Shown: positions 44,036 to 56,290 of the stretch, piece by piece
Numbering within the stretch: position 1 is the stretch's first letter
How the letters are laid out: every line of letters begins with the position of its first letter
Assembly (NCBI GenBank): GCA_964016885.1
Contig: OZ024741.1
Coordinates: 203,918,001-203,982,000 of the forward strand
DNA length: 64,000 nucleotides
Direction of reading: 5' to 3'
Origin: Eledone cirrhosa
Taxonomy: Eukaryota
Notes under the pieces: model-generated
The model's database searches: none
Seen by the model: only the letters and a program-made list of their open reading frames with translations
Told to the model about the DNA's origin: nothing
Translations under genes and position numbers: made by a program

Positions 44036-45812
44036 GTAAGTTTTTTGTTATTGTTGTTGTTTTTTTAAGTGGATGCAGTATGGCTGACTGTTAAGAAATT
44101 CACTTCACAATCACAATGTCCCTGGTTTCACTCTACTGTGTGTGAGTGTATGTATGGATGCATATGTGTGTGTAGGCCAAACCAATGTTTTTGAAATTGG
44201 GTAGACAGAAACTGTATGGGGGAACCTATGAATGGATTGTACTTGTAATTATAAGAGGTAGCCTTGTTATGCTGTGTATCATCCTGAATCTTCCTGAGAA
44301 TTACACTGAGTACATTTATGTGTGGGATGTTTCAGCCAGTTGTACATTAATTTCATGAGCAAGCTGTCCATTCCATTCGATTTATCTTAACAATTACATA
44401 TCCTTTTTAATGGCTGTTCTAACTAGTGTTGTAACCTTTTTGTTACCATATCTCTACAAAAAAAAACATTGCCTCTAATTTTCAAATCATTTTTAAAATA
44501 ATCAAGAATTTGGAAAGAATAAGTAAATTAACTTTTTCACTCTTAATCTTGTGTTTGAAGAATAGCTTCACAAAATTTTGTACCTAAAATTATGATGGTA
44601 GGATTTTAGATAAATATAAACACTATAAAATAGACAGCTTTTTATCATAAAACCATGATCAGTTTCAGGTGGTTTGATGTCAAAAGGATTATGGATATTT
44701 TCCCTGATAAAGCAGTAGTTAGCCTTGCAGACCCCATAGTAGACGTCATGTTCATCATGGGTTACTTTTTGAAGCAATGTTTTACAGTCAGAATCCTTTT
44801 TTCTTGCCAACCCTTTTAATCACCTCCTATGACATGCAGGGATATGGTGTATTTATTCTAAACTAGAAATACACAGCATATATATAAAGACCTCCTTCAG
44901 TTACAAATGACCATGGGATTTGCTCCTAGAATTGCCCCTCTGAGACACAAACCTGGGCAAGGTGTTTTTGTGGAAGACTAGCAATTGTCCATGCATGCCA
45001 GTTTTCCCTCACCATGCCTCCGATGATGTCCAAGTGAAAGGCTAAGGCCTACACACCTTGACACCAGTGACATCACAACTCATTTCTACAGCTGCGTAAA
45101 CTGGAACAACATGAAATAAAATGTCTTGCTCAAGAATATAACACATCGCCCAGTCAGGGAATTAAACTCATCACCCCGCAATTGTGAATCCAACGTTCTA
45201 ACCACTAATATATTTATATTTATATATATATAACCACATAAAGGAATACTGTGTACCTGTTCTAAGCCAAATACACAGAAATCCCCCAAGATATATACAT
45301 TTGAAAATACACAGTTAAGGAGAAATTTAGGTGAAGATTATATGGGTGAAGCAAAATAAATGGAGTATACTCATCTTCTATTGAATATCAACTGGACTAT
45401 ACTATTTTCTTGTGTGAGTTGTTGTGACCAATTTTATCAGCTAATCAGAATGTGTGACCAAAATTATAGGTAAGGTCTTTTGTTAGAAATATGGTAATGA
45501 AAGTGTTAAAGTATTTATATTTGAAATTATCATCACCATTTAACGTCCATTTTTCCATCTAGCATGGGTTAGATGAGTTAGCCCATTGTGAGACAAGCCA
45601 GATCAGATAACTGTGTCTTGCTCAAACATAACTGTTTCTAGCTTGGTTTCTATGGCTGGATGCACTTCCTATCACCAACCGTATTTGTAGTGTAGAGTAG
45701 GTGCTTTTTATCATGGCACTAATGTTAGATTTTATTTCTCTTTCTCAAACCATCAAGAAGATAAACAAAACAGACTCTGGCAATAAAGAGGTATTTTATT
45801 TTTTCTCTTTAG

Positions 45813-45867
45813 CAAGGATGAATTATTAAAACTCATGTGGCCTGATGGCAGCCTTAAAATATCTGAG
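45813..45867 (+). CDS. myo1d: Myosin I exon (S)KDELLKLMWPDGSLKISE
   Basis: ctttag acceptor, gtaagt donor, 55 nt; MWP(E/D)G typical of Myo1D/G. Confidence 0.9.
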
Positions 45868-45955
45868 GTAAGTATGTTTCCTTACATTTACTATAGTCGT
45901 GTCAGCAATTGTTAAATGAGACTGTTGTACAGTGAACAGTAAATGTACCAATAAT

Positions 45956-46138
45956 TGTTTCTACTTTTGGCACAAGGCCAGCAATTATCCCAGTGTATTA
46001 CTGGTACTTTATTTTATCGACCCCATAAGGATGAAAGGCAAAGTTAACCTCGGCGGGCTTTGAACTCGGTCCATTAAGGGCCGTAACTCTTTTTTGCTGC
46101 AAAGCATGGCGTTCGACCCTCTACCAATCCACCGCCAA
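45956..46138 (-). mobile_element. tRNA-derived SINE in a short myosin intron
   Basis: Same family; 16-bp TSD taaatgtaccaataat (45940-45955 / 46139-46154). Confidence 0.9.
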
Positions 46139-46199
46139 TAAATGTACCAATAATGACATCTTAAACAATACCAGTTATATATGTTCTATTTGGTTTCAG

Positions 46200-46277
46200 A
46201 CCACAAAACGACCACTGACAGCTGGTACCAACTTCAAAAACTCAATTATTGCTCTTGTAGCTAACTTGGCATGCAAA
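46200..46277 (+). CDS. myo1d: Myosin I exon TTKRPLTAGTNFKNSIIALVANLACK
   Basis: tttcag acceptor, gtaagt donor, 78 nt; KRPLTA..FKNS..ALV. Confidence 0.94.
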
Positions 46278-48741
46278 GTAAGTTCTATTATTTTATTTAT
46301 CTAATATATATATATATATATATATGTATGTTCACATCAGAAGGTTATCATGTAACCTTCAAAATACGTATAACAGAATTATGTAATAAAAATATGTACA
46401 AATAAAATCGTCTCTCTTATTCATAATATTGAAACTCTGGTTGATACCTTACCAAAAAAATCCTAAGGAATACAAATTGTAGAGTGCTTTACATCTGATA
46501 TAAAATATATCGGCAGATTTTATGATCAACCAACTTTCATTAATTGATTGACATATATATAAAATAGTATATTATATAAAGCAGTCATTTTTGACATTAC
46601 AAAAAACACAAAAGAATTATTAAATTCACTTTACATTTATCTTTTATTTCTTTGTGTCAGAATTTTCCATAACAGTGACACCAAGAAATAAATGATAAAT
46701 GTACTGAAGTTAACAAGGTTTGTGTGTTTTTATCTCAGATCAGGTCATTTGTCAAACAAGTACAACTGTGGCTAACATCACTCTTCTATACTTTAGTTTC
46801 AACACAAGGACAAAGGACTCTGATTACATCGCTTGCCAGACAAGTAAAACTGGCTAAAATGAACCTTCCATGATGTAAATACTTTAGTTTCAACAGTCTT
46901 ATTAATGCCTTGATGCTTATCATGGGGTCCTTTTTGAAGCAGTGTTTTATAACCAAATGCTCTTCTTGGCACCAACCCTTTTAGTTGCCTCTTAAGAAAT
47001 CAAATATTCTTTAATATATCTCACCAGTCAAATCTGTCATCAAAGTAATCTTTGGTTACTCTTCCTTCAGCTTCTTTTAACCTTTTTATGATTTCTAATG
47101 AAATCCTCTGTCATCATCATCATCATTTAACATCCACTTTCCTTGTTAGCAAGGGTTGGATGGATCTTCATAGACTGGGTTAGTACTGAAGTGAATCAAC
47201 TGACCTCACAGTCAGGCTGGGAGTCCATATTTTGCTTACATGTTCTACCAAGTACGTTATTGTGGCACCAGCACTAGAGAGGTTGTCATGTTTTTGACAC
47301 AACTGAAGGGGCCTCCAAGCTTTCCCTTTAGCAAGCTTTCTATGGCTGGATGCCCTTCCTATCACCAACCATTTTACAGTTTATACTGGGTACATTTATC
47401 ATGTAGCTTACCAACACTCAAGAGATTGTCACATCTGAAGGATCCTCCCAACCCTTTGGCATGGTTTTTTACTGTGGGGTGCCCATTCTGTTGCTAACCA
47501 CCTTACTGGGTGTATTGGGTGTATTTTATTTTATTTATGAAGAATTTGAGGTCATTTACAAAAACTATTATTTCATTAATATGGTATCTTGTTAATGAAA
47601 CTTCAGTTTTGTGTGGTGTGTATGAATTGGAAGTGAAAGATGAATTGAAAGTGACAGAATTAAAAATCTTTGTAAATTATGTGAAAAAATGGATGACAAA
47701 AAATTTGAAAAACATGTTTTACATATAAACAACTTAATGAGGATGATAAAATACAGATGTGTGTGGTGTTAGGGCAAACAAATGTTTTTATAATTGACCA
47801 ACTCTGCATCACTGCCCCAGTGATGCAGGCCCAGGTGAAGGGTAGCATTCACTGGTTTGTGGGAGCCCGAGAGTAGGCTGCCTTGAGGTCCCAGAGGACA
47901 GAATGGAGATGATGTTGACCTGGAAGACGGTAATGGTGATGTGTTGGAATAGCCATTCCATTTTGTGGGGCCTCACTCTTGTGGGTAGCCAACTCCACCT
48001 TGATAGTGGTGAGTACAGATGTGGTCTGTGGCCCATGAATGCTGGAAGTCTTCAACGTTACAAGTTCAACTACAAACATATCAGAGAGCAACCAATATTT
48101 TGACAGATTGCCCTCTTCAATTAGAAGAGCAGCGAAGCCTAGGTTAGTTGTTGAATGCATCAGGTTGCCACTGGAAATGTCACAGCATGTAGCATCTTAG
48201 ATGACAGGGTCTACCACCGTAGAACGGGAAGATTATGCCATTTGGCCTTTTACTGTTCCCTCAGTCCAACCCCATTAGCTTGAGCTTGGAAGAAAAGCCT
48301 ATAGCATTCAAGCCATGCTTTATAATCTTGTTGAGAGCAGCTTGGCCAGCACTATAGCAACATGTTAGAAGTGGAGGTTGAAAGAGTCCACAGTAGTATT
48401 TGTGAGGCCCACATCTGAAAGCCAAGACTCAGGGAAACACTTGTGTGCAAACAATTGCTGTCCAGCTGTGCCAGTTGAGTGTTAAGCTGCTGTGAGATTG
48501 GGAGGTCAAATGAAAACATGCCAGAATGTGCTGGTCAAGCCAGTACAGTAGCCTATCCGAGGCCATACCACACTGGATGGTGTCCCATTTGCTTGTGGTT
48601 GGGACTGGACATCTACTATTTGAAACATAACTCAATGAAAGATTCTCGTATAGAATTTTATTAGGAGCCTTTAGAACCAGAAGTGGTTTTGGACAAGTTG
48701 GTATTAATAAGGGTAATCTATTGTTCTCCTCTCTTATGTAG

Positions 48742-48908
48742 GAGCCACATTATGTGCGTTGTATCAAACCAAATGATATCAAGTCTCCAGTACATTTTGA
48801 TTATGAAAGAATCAGTCATCAAGTGATGTATCTCGGATTAATGGAAAATGTCAGAGTTCGAAGAGCTGGGTTTGCCTTTAGAACTACATTTGCCAGATTT
48901 CTTAACAG
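48742..48908 (+). CDS. myo1d: Myosin I exon [12 protein letters not shown]...[26 protein letters not shown]
   Basis: atgtag acceptor, gttagt donor, 167 nt; YVRCIKPN and [14 protein letters not shown] motifs. Confidence 0.96.
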
Positions 48909-49070
48909 GTTAGTTTAACCTTTTCATTACTGTATGTCTAATGAAATACACTGTATTTAAATATTTAAATTAACTAAGGAAGAATTTGGAAGAATTTACT
49001 AAATATATTATTTCATTATTATGGTGGTATTTATAACAATTTAACAAAAGGTTATATAAAATTAGGTTGA

Positions 49071-49275
49071 AAGTTTGAATTTGTAAGTTAGAAGCATCAA
49101 TGGTGTTTTGTTTTTTACTATGAAAAATAGTCTAAGAAGTTGAATATATAAACTCTGGAGGCTCAGGTGGCTCTGTACTAATTTTTTCAGTCTCCGGTGT
49201 TTATATACCTAACCTTTTAGACTATTTTTCATAGTCAAAAAAGTGTTGAGGCTTCTAACTTACAAATTCAAACTT
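49071..49275. repeat. Fold-back/MITE with about 90-bp imperfect inverted arms
   Basis: aagtttgaatttgtaagttagaagc...ctatgaaaaatagtctaa / ttagactatttttcatag...gcttctaacttacaaattcaaactt; partial copy near 52645-52685. Confidence 0.8.
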
Positions 49276-50184
49276 CTTATTGCTCAACAGTTCTAAAAAT
49301 AAATTTTTTACATAAATTGAAATATTTTGATTTAAACAGGAACTAAAGCCAGATTTGGTTGGGCTGGTTTCAAAAGGATTCATACAACATTCCTTACCAC
49401 ATGTCCCAATATCATCATCGAATTTAATCCTTTTGTTACCATATTCCTAATAAAAAATAGTACCTGTGATTTTCAATTAATTTTGAAAATAAAGTATTTG
49501 AAGGCATTTAGTAAAATAATTAACTTTTTTATTATTTTGCTGGTGCTTGGAACCTAACTAAACAAAGTTTCTTACATAGACATGTGATGGAAGGTTTTAG
49601 ATGAATATAAACATGTTTAAACATAGTTTTGTATCATAGAACTGGGGTTGGTTTCAAGTGGTTTGGGATCAAAAGGGTTTATATGTTTGCATTTAGCATT
49701 ACCTTGCTTGTACTTCTCTTGGCTATTAATGCATATAATAAACTGTAAAGTAAAAAGATAATAGCTAAATTTATTAAATCAATATTTGATAACAGTTGTG
49801 AGTTAAAGGGAATGAACCAATCATCAAATTTGACCAAGATAAAAATGTTTCCATTGGTCATTCAATTGCTAATACTATCATTCGGTTTGATATGCTTGGA
49901 TATATATTTTTCAAGGAAAGGAGCCAATCATCAGATCAGACCAAGGAAATATTGTTTCTGTTGGTTTTTTTCCATTACTGATACTATTTGCTGGTCGCAA
50001 CTCCTGGTAGAAGGAGGTAGCATTTGCAAAACATATCATCTGAATCTTTAACAATTCTGCCAATCTACCACTCACAGACTGATACTTTCTTTATCAATCC
50101 CAAAAGGATGAAAGACAAAGTTGACATCAGTAGGATTTGAACTTGGAGTGCAGAAAGCCAGAACAAATACAGAGGCATTTAATC

Positions 50185-50835
50185 TGTGGGTACTTCCTTC
50201 TGCACCAGCTATCACGCTTCTTCCAATTCTGTCTGAACAACAGTGCTACTCCAGAACAGTGGAAAACTGCCAATGTCATTCCTCTGTTCAAAAAGGGTGA
50301 CCGCATATCACCTGTGAACTGCAACCAAGCGAATACCCTCCATCAGGCATCTACCATACTCTGAACGCTTTGCTTCCCTGGACATGGATACATTGAAGCT
50401 CCGACATCTGGCAACTGACTTGGTAAACACCCACAAAATTATTATCCATCTTGCCAACAACAACCCTGAGTACCTTTTTTATTTCCATGTATCTAACACA
50501 CGTGGGCATGCCCACAAAGTCAGAAAACAGCACAGCTCCCGTGACTTTCGGAAACATTTTTTCACGCTCAAAGTTGCTGAAACATGGAACAAACTACCTG
50601 CATCAGTTATTAACTGTCGAGACACTGCATCCTTTAAAACTTCCATGCTTCCTGAGATTCGCCAATACTACACCTAACATTGCCACTCCATACACATGCA
50701 CACATGTATATCATGACTCATACACTATTCACTTCCCAACATTTTTAGATTATTCTATGTACTATACATGCACCTTTGATGAGTTGTAGTGCACCTGAGC
50801 ACTGTACACAATAATTTCATTATTATTATTATTAT
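50185..50835 (+). mobile_element. CR1-clade LINE remnant with a large internal deletion
   Basis: PEQWKTANVIPLFKKGDR joined directly to the 3' end (NTRGH, RKHFF..KV..WNKLP); (ATT)n tail. Confidence 0.85.
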
Positions 50836-50926
50836 TATATTCAATCTGATGCTCTAACAACTCTGCCAATTTAACACCTTATATCTTTAAACAATATAAA
50901 ATATCACAATTTCTTTTATTTTCCAG

Positions 50927-51131
50927 GTATAAATGCCTTTGCTCAGCAACCTGGCCAAACTATTATGGTGAAATAAAAGAAGGTGTAAGGGAAATCATCG
51001 CAGCACACAATATCAACACAGAAGTGGAATATGGGAAGACAAAGATCTTTATACGTACACCTAAAACACTTTTTTATTTGGAGACATCAAGAGAAAAAGT
51101 TCTACCATCTCTAGTCCTCATTCTTCAGAAG
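50927..51131 (+). CDS. myo1d: Myosin I exon (R)YKCLCSATWPNY...YGKTKIFIRTPKTLFYLE...LILQK (converter, start of IQ1)
   Basis: ttccag acceptor, gtaatt donor, 205 nt; GKTKIFIR.P.TLF.LE motif. Confidence 0.95.
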
Positions 51132-51844
51132 GTAATTTATTAATCAGTTTCTAACAGTGTTTTCTTTTTCACATATTCTGTTGCTTTACATTAGAGGTTA
51201 GCACATTAGCAATAACATGAGACTGTATAATGACTTAAGGTATTTTTATACACTATGATAGAGATGAATGTTGGCAAAAGAAATGGAATGAAATGGTTGG
51301 ATCATGTGTTGAGGAAGAATGAAAGTGATTGGGTGAGAGGAGTGGTGGTAATGAGTGTGGAATTAAATTGAGGAAGTGAAAGAATATGGATAACTTAGCT
51401 CAAAATGGTTGAGAAGGAAATTAATGCTGGAGGGTTGGTAAGAGTAAAGGGCTCAAGATAATAAAGCAAAGTGGAGAAGTTTATCAGGAGGCCTGCAAAG
51501 CTAATCCTTTCTCTATCACAGAAAATATCCTTAAAATGTTTGTTGTTATATAATAGTTTGATCCAACAATAAGGATATGACATAATATCCCTAAAAGTAT
51601 TTATCCCAAACTTATATAGAGACAAGAGCTGCTAATATATTCTTGTGAGAGGCCTATGTTATGTTGATGCTGTAGATCAGCAAAAACAACTTGTCACTGT
51701 CCAGTTAGTTCAGCATTTCACCACCAGGGTCTACACCTTCTAGGCTACTTCTTTCTATTGGCAAGTAAATAGAGCAGGGGGAAGAGGAGGGTTTATTTAC
51801 TCCTGGAGCCACTCTATTTCCAGTGTCTGTATATATCAACTTGT

Positions 51845-51990
51845 AACTCGCAGGAAACATGCATCTAACACGCAGGAAGCAGGCACCTGACACACAGGAA
51901 GAAGGTACCTAACATGCAGGAAACAGGCACCTAACATGCAGGAAGCAGGCGGCTAACTCACAAGAAGCAGGCGGCTAACTCACAAGAAGC
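51845..51990. repeat. Short 22-bp minisatellite (caggaagcaggcacctaacatg), about 6 units
   Basis: Direct tandem repetition. Confidence 0.85.
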
Positions 51991-52493
51991 ATAATACATG
52001 CTTCAGTACAATGAAGTGAAGCAAAGGAGAATGTAGTCTAGCTTTTGGTCAATTTAATATTTCAGTTTAATCATGCACTGAAACATTATTAAATTAGCAT
52101 AAAATTCAAATAATCCTTATACAATCAAGTTAAAGAAGAGACATTGTGATTCAAAGGACATAAGTTTAACCATTTCATTCACCATATTTCTGATGAAAGA
52201 CACTGCCTTTGATTCTCAAATAATTTTGAAGACAATTGAAGAACTGGGAGAGATTTAGTAACTTTCTCATTATGAAGTATTGTTTGGAACATAACAATGG
52301 TTCTTATATAAATCTCTGATGGAACATTCTTAAATAAATAAACAGCAGGGTGGTTTTTGGTGGTTTGGTATCAAAAGTGTTTTTAAAAAAGGAGCTAGTA
52401 AAATCACTGGTGATTGTATCAAAATAATATTTCTCTTTGGGGAATATGGCAAGTGTGTGTGTTTATGTTTATAATATTATCTTTTCTATTTAG

Positions 52494-52615
52494 ATGTGGC
52501 GTGGTACTTTAGCACGCAGATTTGTGAAGAGGTTACGAGCAGTATATATTATAAGATATGCATATCGAAGATACCGTATTCAAAGATTCTTCAGTGAATT
52601 GCAACATTTGTTCAG
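52494..52615 (+). CDS. myo1d: Myosin I exon MWRGTLARRFVKRLRAVYIIRYAYRRYRIQRFFSELQHLF (IQ neck)
   Basis: atttag acceptor, gtatgt donor, 122 nt; completes the IQ motif LQK-MWRGTLAR. Confidence 0.93.
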
Positions 52616-52770
52616 GTATGTCCCTATAATATCCCACCATATCTCTGGGGGTTTATATACCCAATTTCTTTGACTATTTTCATAGAAAAAATTTACATTG
52701 AAACAGTTTACTTTTTAGCTAACATACTTTCAAAAATTCTAAATTTTCTCAACACTATTTTAATATGGTC

Positions 52771-52807
<37 letters not shown>

Positions 52808-52863
52808 TTTTTTTTAATCTCAGTTTTTATCCATCTCTCTCTCCCTCTCTCTCTGTATATATC

Positions 52864-55635
52864 TAATAGATAGAGTAGAAGAGGCAATTAGAAGCGGCGA
52901 CGTGGCCAGAGTGCTAGCGTCGAGAACGGCGTTGAGCCAGTTTTTCGACGCGAAGCACGAAGGCTGCGTTGTCCGAAGTAAAATACGTGCTCTAGGGAAC
53001 GAGGGGACCAAAGCTGTTAGCTGGGCCCGCGTGACAGAGGCCAACAGTGGAACTAAATCCACCATCCGGTCTTTGCGAGACCTGGATGGACGGGCGATTC
53101 TTGAGCCTAAGCAGATGTGTGAGGCCTTTCAAAGGCACTTTGCCCGACTGTTCGGGAGGGGCGGGGGGCCGGTTGGGAACGTGGACTTCGGTCCATACCT
53201 CGACGGCCTGCCGCGCCTCTCGGACAGGGAGGCGAAGTCCTGCGAGGAGCCGATTTCGGCCGCTGAGATAGAGGACGTGCTGAGCCAATGCGGCAAACGC
53301 AAATCCCCGGGTCTCGATGGTCTTCCTTACGAATTATATCTAGCTATGCCGGACTTGTTCCCCGATCTCCTCGAGGCGGTCTACTGCAACTGGCAACAGA
53401 ACGGGAGAATTCCCTGTACTGTGACCAAGGGCGTAGTCACGCTAGTGAGGAAGGACGAGAACAAGGGGGACGAAATAAGTAACTTCAGGCCCATAACACT
53501 GCTAAATACAGAGTTACAGATTTTGGCCAAGGTGCTAGCAAAGAGGTTGGCGCTTGTCGTGGGCAACCTGGTGGGAGATGCGCAGACATGCGCTATCCCG
53601 TCCAGGTCCATCCATGACAACCTCCACCTCATGCGATACATCATAGAGAGGGTTGGGAACGAACCCGGCTTTGGTGGGGCTCTGATCAACTTGGATCAAT
53701 CTAAGGCGTTCGATAGGGTCGACCATGGTTACCTGGATGCGGTGCTAGCGGCGGCAGGCTTCGGACCCGTTTTCAGGGGCTGGATCACTGCTATGCACAG
53801 CAGCCGCATCTGCTCTAGGGTCAAGGTGAACGGCTACCTCTCGGAGCCGTTCAAAATCGAGCGGTCCATCCGACAAGGGTGCCCTCTCTCCTCCCTTCTG
53901 TATGTGTTGACTCTCGAGCCACTACTGCGGAAGTTGGAGTTGTTGCAGGGCATCCCTTTGGAACCGGGATTGCGGAAAGCGGTGTCGGCCTACGCCGATG
54001 ACGTGACAGTAATGGTGTCGACGGCCTCCGAAATCGAGGCGGTCGGCACCTTACTGGAGGAGTACGAAAAGTTCACAGGGGCTAAGCTGAACCGGGACAA
54101 GTCGATCGGTTTGCAACTCGGCACGTGGAGGGGCAGACCGATGCCCTCCGATAGCGTCGTCGGACGCTGGACGGAGGGCCCGGTGAAGTTGCTCGGGGTC
54201 TGGTTCGGACCGGACCTCCAGGTGGAGAAAAACTGGGCGGAGGTTACGAACAGGGTGTTTGCACTGACCCAGAAGTGGGCCAGTTGCAAACTATCCCTGA
54301 AAGGTCGGGCGGAGGTGGCGAACACCTACATAGCGTCCGTCATCTACTACCGCCTGACCGTAGTGCCCTGCCCAAGGGAAACCCTCACCAAGATGGAGCG
54401 CGCGCTCTTCCAATTCCTTTGGAAGAGGCGGGCTCCTATGGTGAGGAGATCCATCTGCTGTCAACACCCTTCGAAAGGAGGGCTGGGGATGCCGTGGCTA
54501 ATGATGCGTAAACACGCATTAAGGCTACGGCACCTCTACGTATTCCTCACCGGACAACCGGTGTGGGCCTCGTTTGTGAGACGAACCTTTCCCAGACTCG
54601 TCTCACTCACCGAGCTGCAATCCTGGGTCAAGCAAAGACCGAGAAAACTGGGCGCCTGGCACACTGAGTGTGCCCAGGCGCTCACCGCCCTCTGGCAGGC
54701 GGATCCGGTTATCAGTGGAGACTCCACCGCAACATTCTATAGAGGGCTGGTACGCAGCAGGTGCGACGACGCCCTCGGAGAAGCCCTAGACATGGAGGAG
54801 GACGAACTGGCCAGCCTGTTCGGTAGGACATTCAGCCCGGGACCTATGGACAACTTCCAGAAGTCCCTGGCCTGGCAGTGCTACCGAGGGGCTTTACCCG
54901 TTCGAGAAAGGCTCTACAGACACGGGCGCCCGGGAAGGGACCCCGCCAAAAAGATCTGTCCCAGATGCGTGTGCGACGAGGAAACCGTTGCACACGCATT
55001 GGTACACTGCTCGGGCGTAGCCGATCTGTGGGGCTATGTCGAACAACTGCTGTCAAGGGTGGGACCGATCCGGTTGACCACCGAGTCGATTGTAATGATC
55101 AAGCCGCCTCCCCCCTTCAAAGATGAAGCAGAGGCGGTGTTTCTGTGCGTAATAGCCATGGCGAAAGAGGTTGTATGGTGGACGCGTCTGAAAGGACTGA
55201 GGTCAGGCACCTTTCTCTCTGGCCAACAACTGGTCCGTTTCTTCCGATATCATTTCGGAAGAAGGATCAGGATGGAGAGAGAGGTGCTGCACCCCAGCCG
55301 TTGCTATGAAAGATGGGTGAAAGTGGCGAGAATGGCCCGTGTGAATGGGCCTTCACTCTACATCAGACTATAGGTGAGGAAGATAAAAGACCAAGGGAGC
55401 ACCCCTTCTCTGTGCTCCTGAGGAGAAGGGTTGCACACTTTTTTCGGGGGTGTGTGCGACCCCCCAAGGCGCCTCCTCTCTATTGAGGATTTTGTTAAAA
55501 ATTTTATTTTTTGTTATATCTTATTTTATTTTTATATTTTGTTATTGCCTTCTCCTTATTGAGGACGCCTTTTTGTGTAAACTCCCCCCTTTGTACTTGT
55601 CCCACTTTTGATGCCCTAGTGGCAAATAAAAGAAA
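52864..55635 (+). mobile_element. L1/Tx1-clade non-LTR retrotransposon, 5'-truncated, young
   Basis: GC/CpG-rich block with an uninterrupted ORF2 remainder, 3' UTR ending aaataaaagaaa then (TA)n. Confidence 0.9.
52902..55373 (+). CDS. Tx1/L1-type ORF2 remainder: RT domain + C-terminal Cys/His zinc-binding region, no APE domain
   Basis: KSPGLDGLP.E.Y, NFRPITLLN, LDQSKAFDRVDH, IRQGCPLS, AYADDV, KLLGVWF, LSLKGR, GGLG, CPRC..EETVAHALVHC; 823 codons without a stop. Confidence 0.9.
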   Translation: MARVLASRTALSQFFDAKHEGCVVRSKIRALGNEGTKAVSWARVTEANSGTKSTIRSLRDLDGRAILEPKQMCEAFQRHFARLFGRGGGPVGNVDFGPYLDGLPRLSDREAKSCEEPISAAEIEDVLSQCGKRKSPGLDGLPYELYLAMPDLFPDLLEAVYCNWQQNGRIPCTVTKGVVTLVRKDENKGDEISNFRPITLLNTELQILAKVLAKRLALVVGNLVGDAQTCAIPSRSIHDNLHLMRYIIERVGNEPGFGGALINLDQSKAFDRVDHGYLDAVLAAAGFGPVFRGWITAMHSSRICSRVKVNGYLSEPFKIERSIRQGCPLSSLLYVLTLEPLLRKLELLQGIPLEPGLRKAVSAYADDVTVMVSTASEIEAVGTLLEEYEKFTGAKLNRDKSIGLQLGTWRGRPMPSDSVVGRWTEGPVKLLGVWFGPDLQVEKNWAEVTNRVFALTQKWASCKLSLKGRAEVANTYIASVIYYRLTVVPCPRETLTKMERALFQFLWKRRAPMVRRSICCQHPSKGGLGMPWLMMRKHALRLRHLYVFLTGQPVWASFVRRTFPRLVSLTELQSWVKQRPRKLGAWHTECAQALTALWQADPVISGDSTATFYRGLVRSRCDDALGEALDMEEDELASLFGRTFSPGPMDNFQKSLAWQCYRGALPVRERLYRHGRPGRDPAKKICPRCVCDEETVAHALVHCSGVADLWGYVEQLLSRVGPIRLTTESIVMIKPPPPFKDEAEAVFLCVIAMAKEVVWWTRLKGLRSGTFLSGQQLVRFFRYHFGRRIRMEREVLHPSRCYERWVKVARMARVNGPSLYIRL

Positions 55636-55673
55636 TATATATATATATATATATATATATAGGAACGAGTAGG

Positions 55674-55769
55674 ACCCCGACGGCTGAGCTCAAGCCGTTT
55701 CAACGGCTAATTCTGGTCTAAATGAACATTTTTATCCTGGTATTTGAATAGCCGAGCTTCTCAAGGGGT
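55674..55769 (-). ncRNA. Type I hammerhead ribozyme fold in the PLE left arm (U3-A8 core variant)
   Basis: Minus strand reads ACCCC-UUGAGAA-G..cggcua...uagccg.U-GAAA-CGGCU ugagcuc AGCCG-UC-GGGGU: stems I, II, III and a GUC cleavage triplet. Confidence 0.75.
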
Positions 55770-56290
55770 AATTCTATATATGGTCAGTGATTGTCACAGG
55801 GATTGGTCAAAAGTTTGTAGTTGAGACATAATAATTCTATGATGGCAATTTGTGGAGGGAAGGGGTAGCTAAACCTGCCAGTAGGAGAAAGAGGGAGAGG
55901 GGGTGGAGGAGACCCATTCATGCGTTGATAGTGCCGGCTACAGCTGGGCGTGAGGTCAAAGAAGATACTAGGGAGGGGGAGGGGGAGGAAGTGGAAACAG
56001 TAAGTAGAACAATAAGGGGTAAATATATAGAAAAATACTGAGTGTTAAAAAGCAATTAAATGTAAAAAGAAAATAAACAATTTCTGGTTACTACGACCTA
56101 AGTCTCTCACTATTGCTAGGCTAAAAAAATATACTAGGTGTGACGGAATTAAAATGAGACCCTTTTAAGAGGTATAAATAATAAACCGAGTATATCTTAC
56201 GGTGAAGGGTCAACAAGTGAGGGACCAAAATACTAAAGAAACTACCACGAAATAATAAAAGTTTCTACCCCAGGCACAAGGCCAGCAACC

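Noticed and set aside
47810-48640. GC-richer block that may be an old LINE fragment
   Set aside because: No motif could be read with enough confidence to classify it
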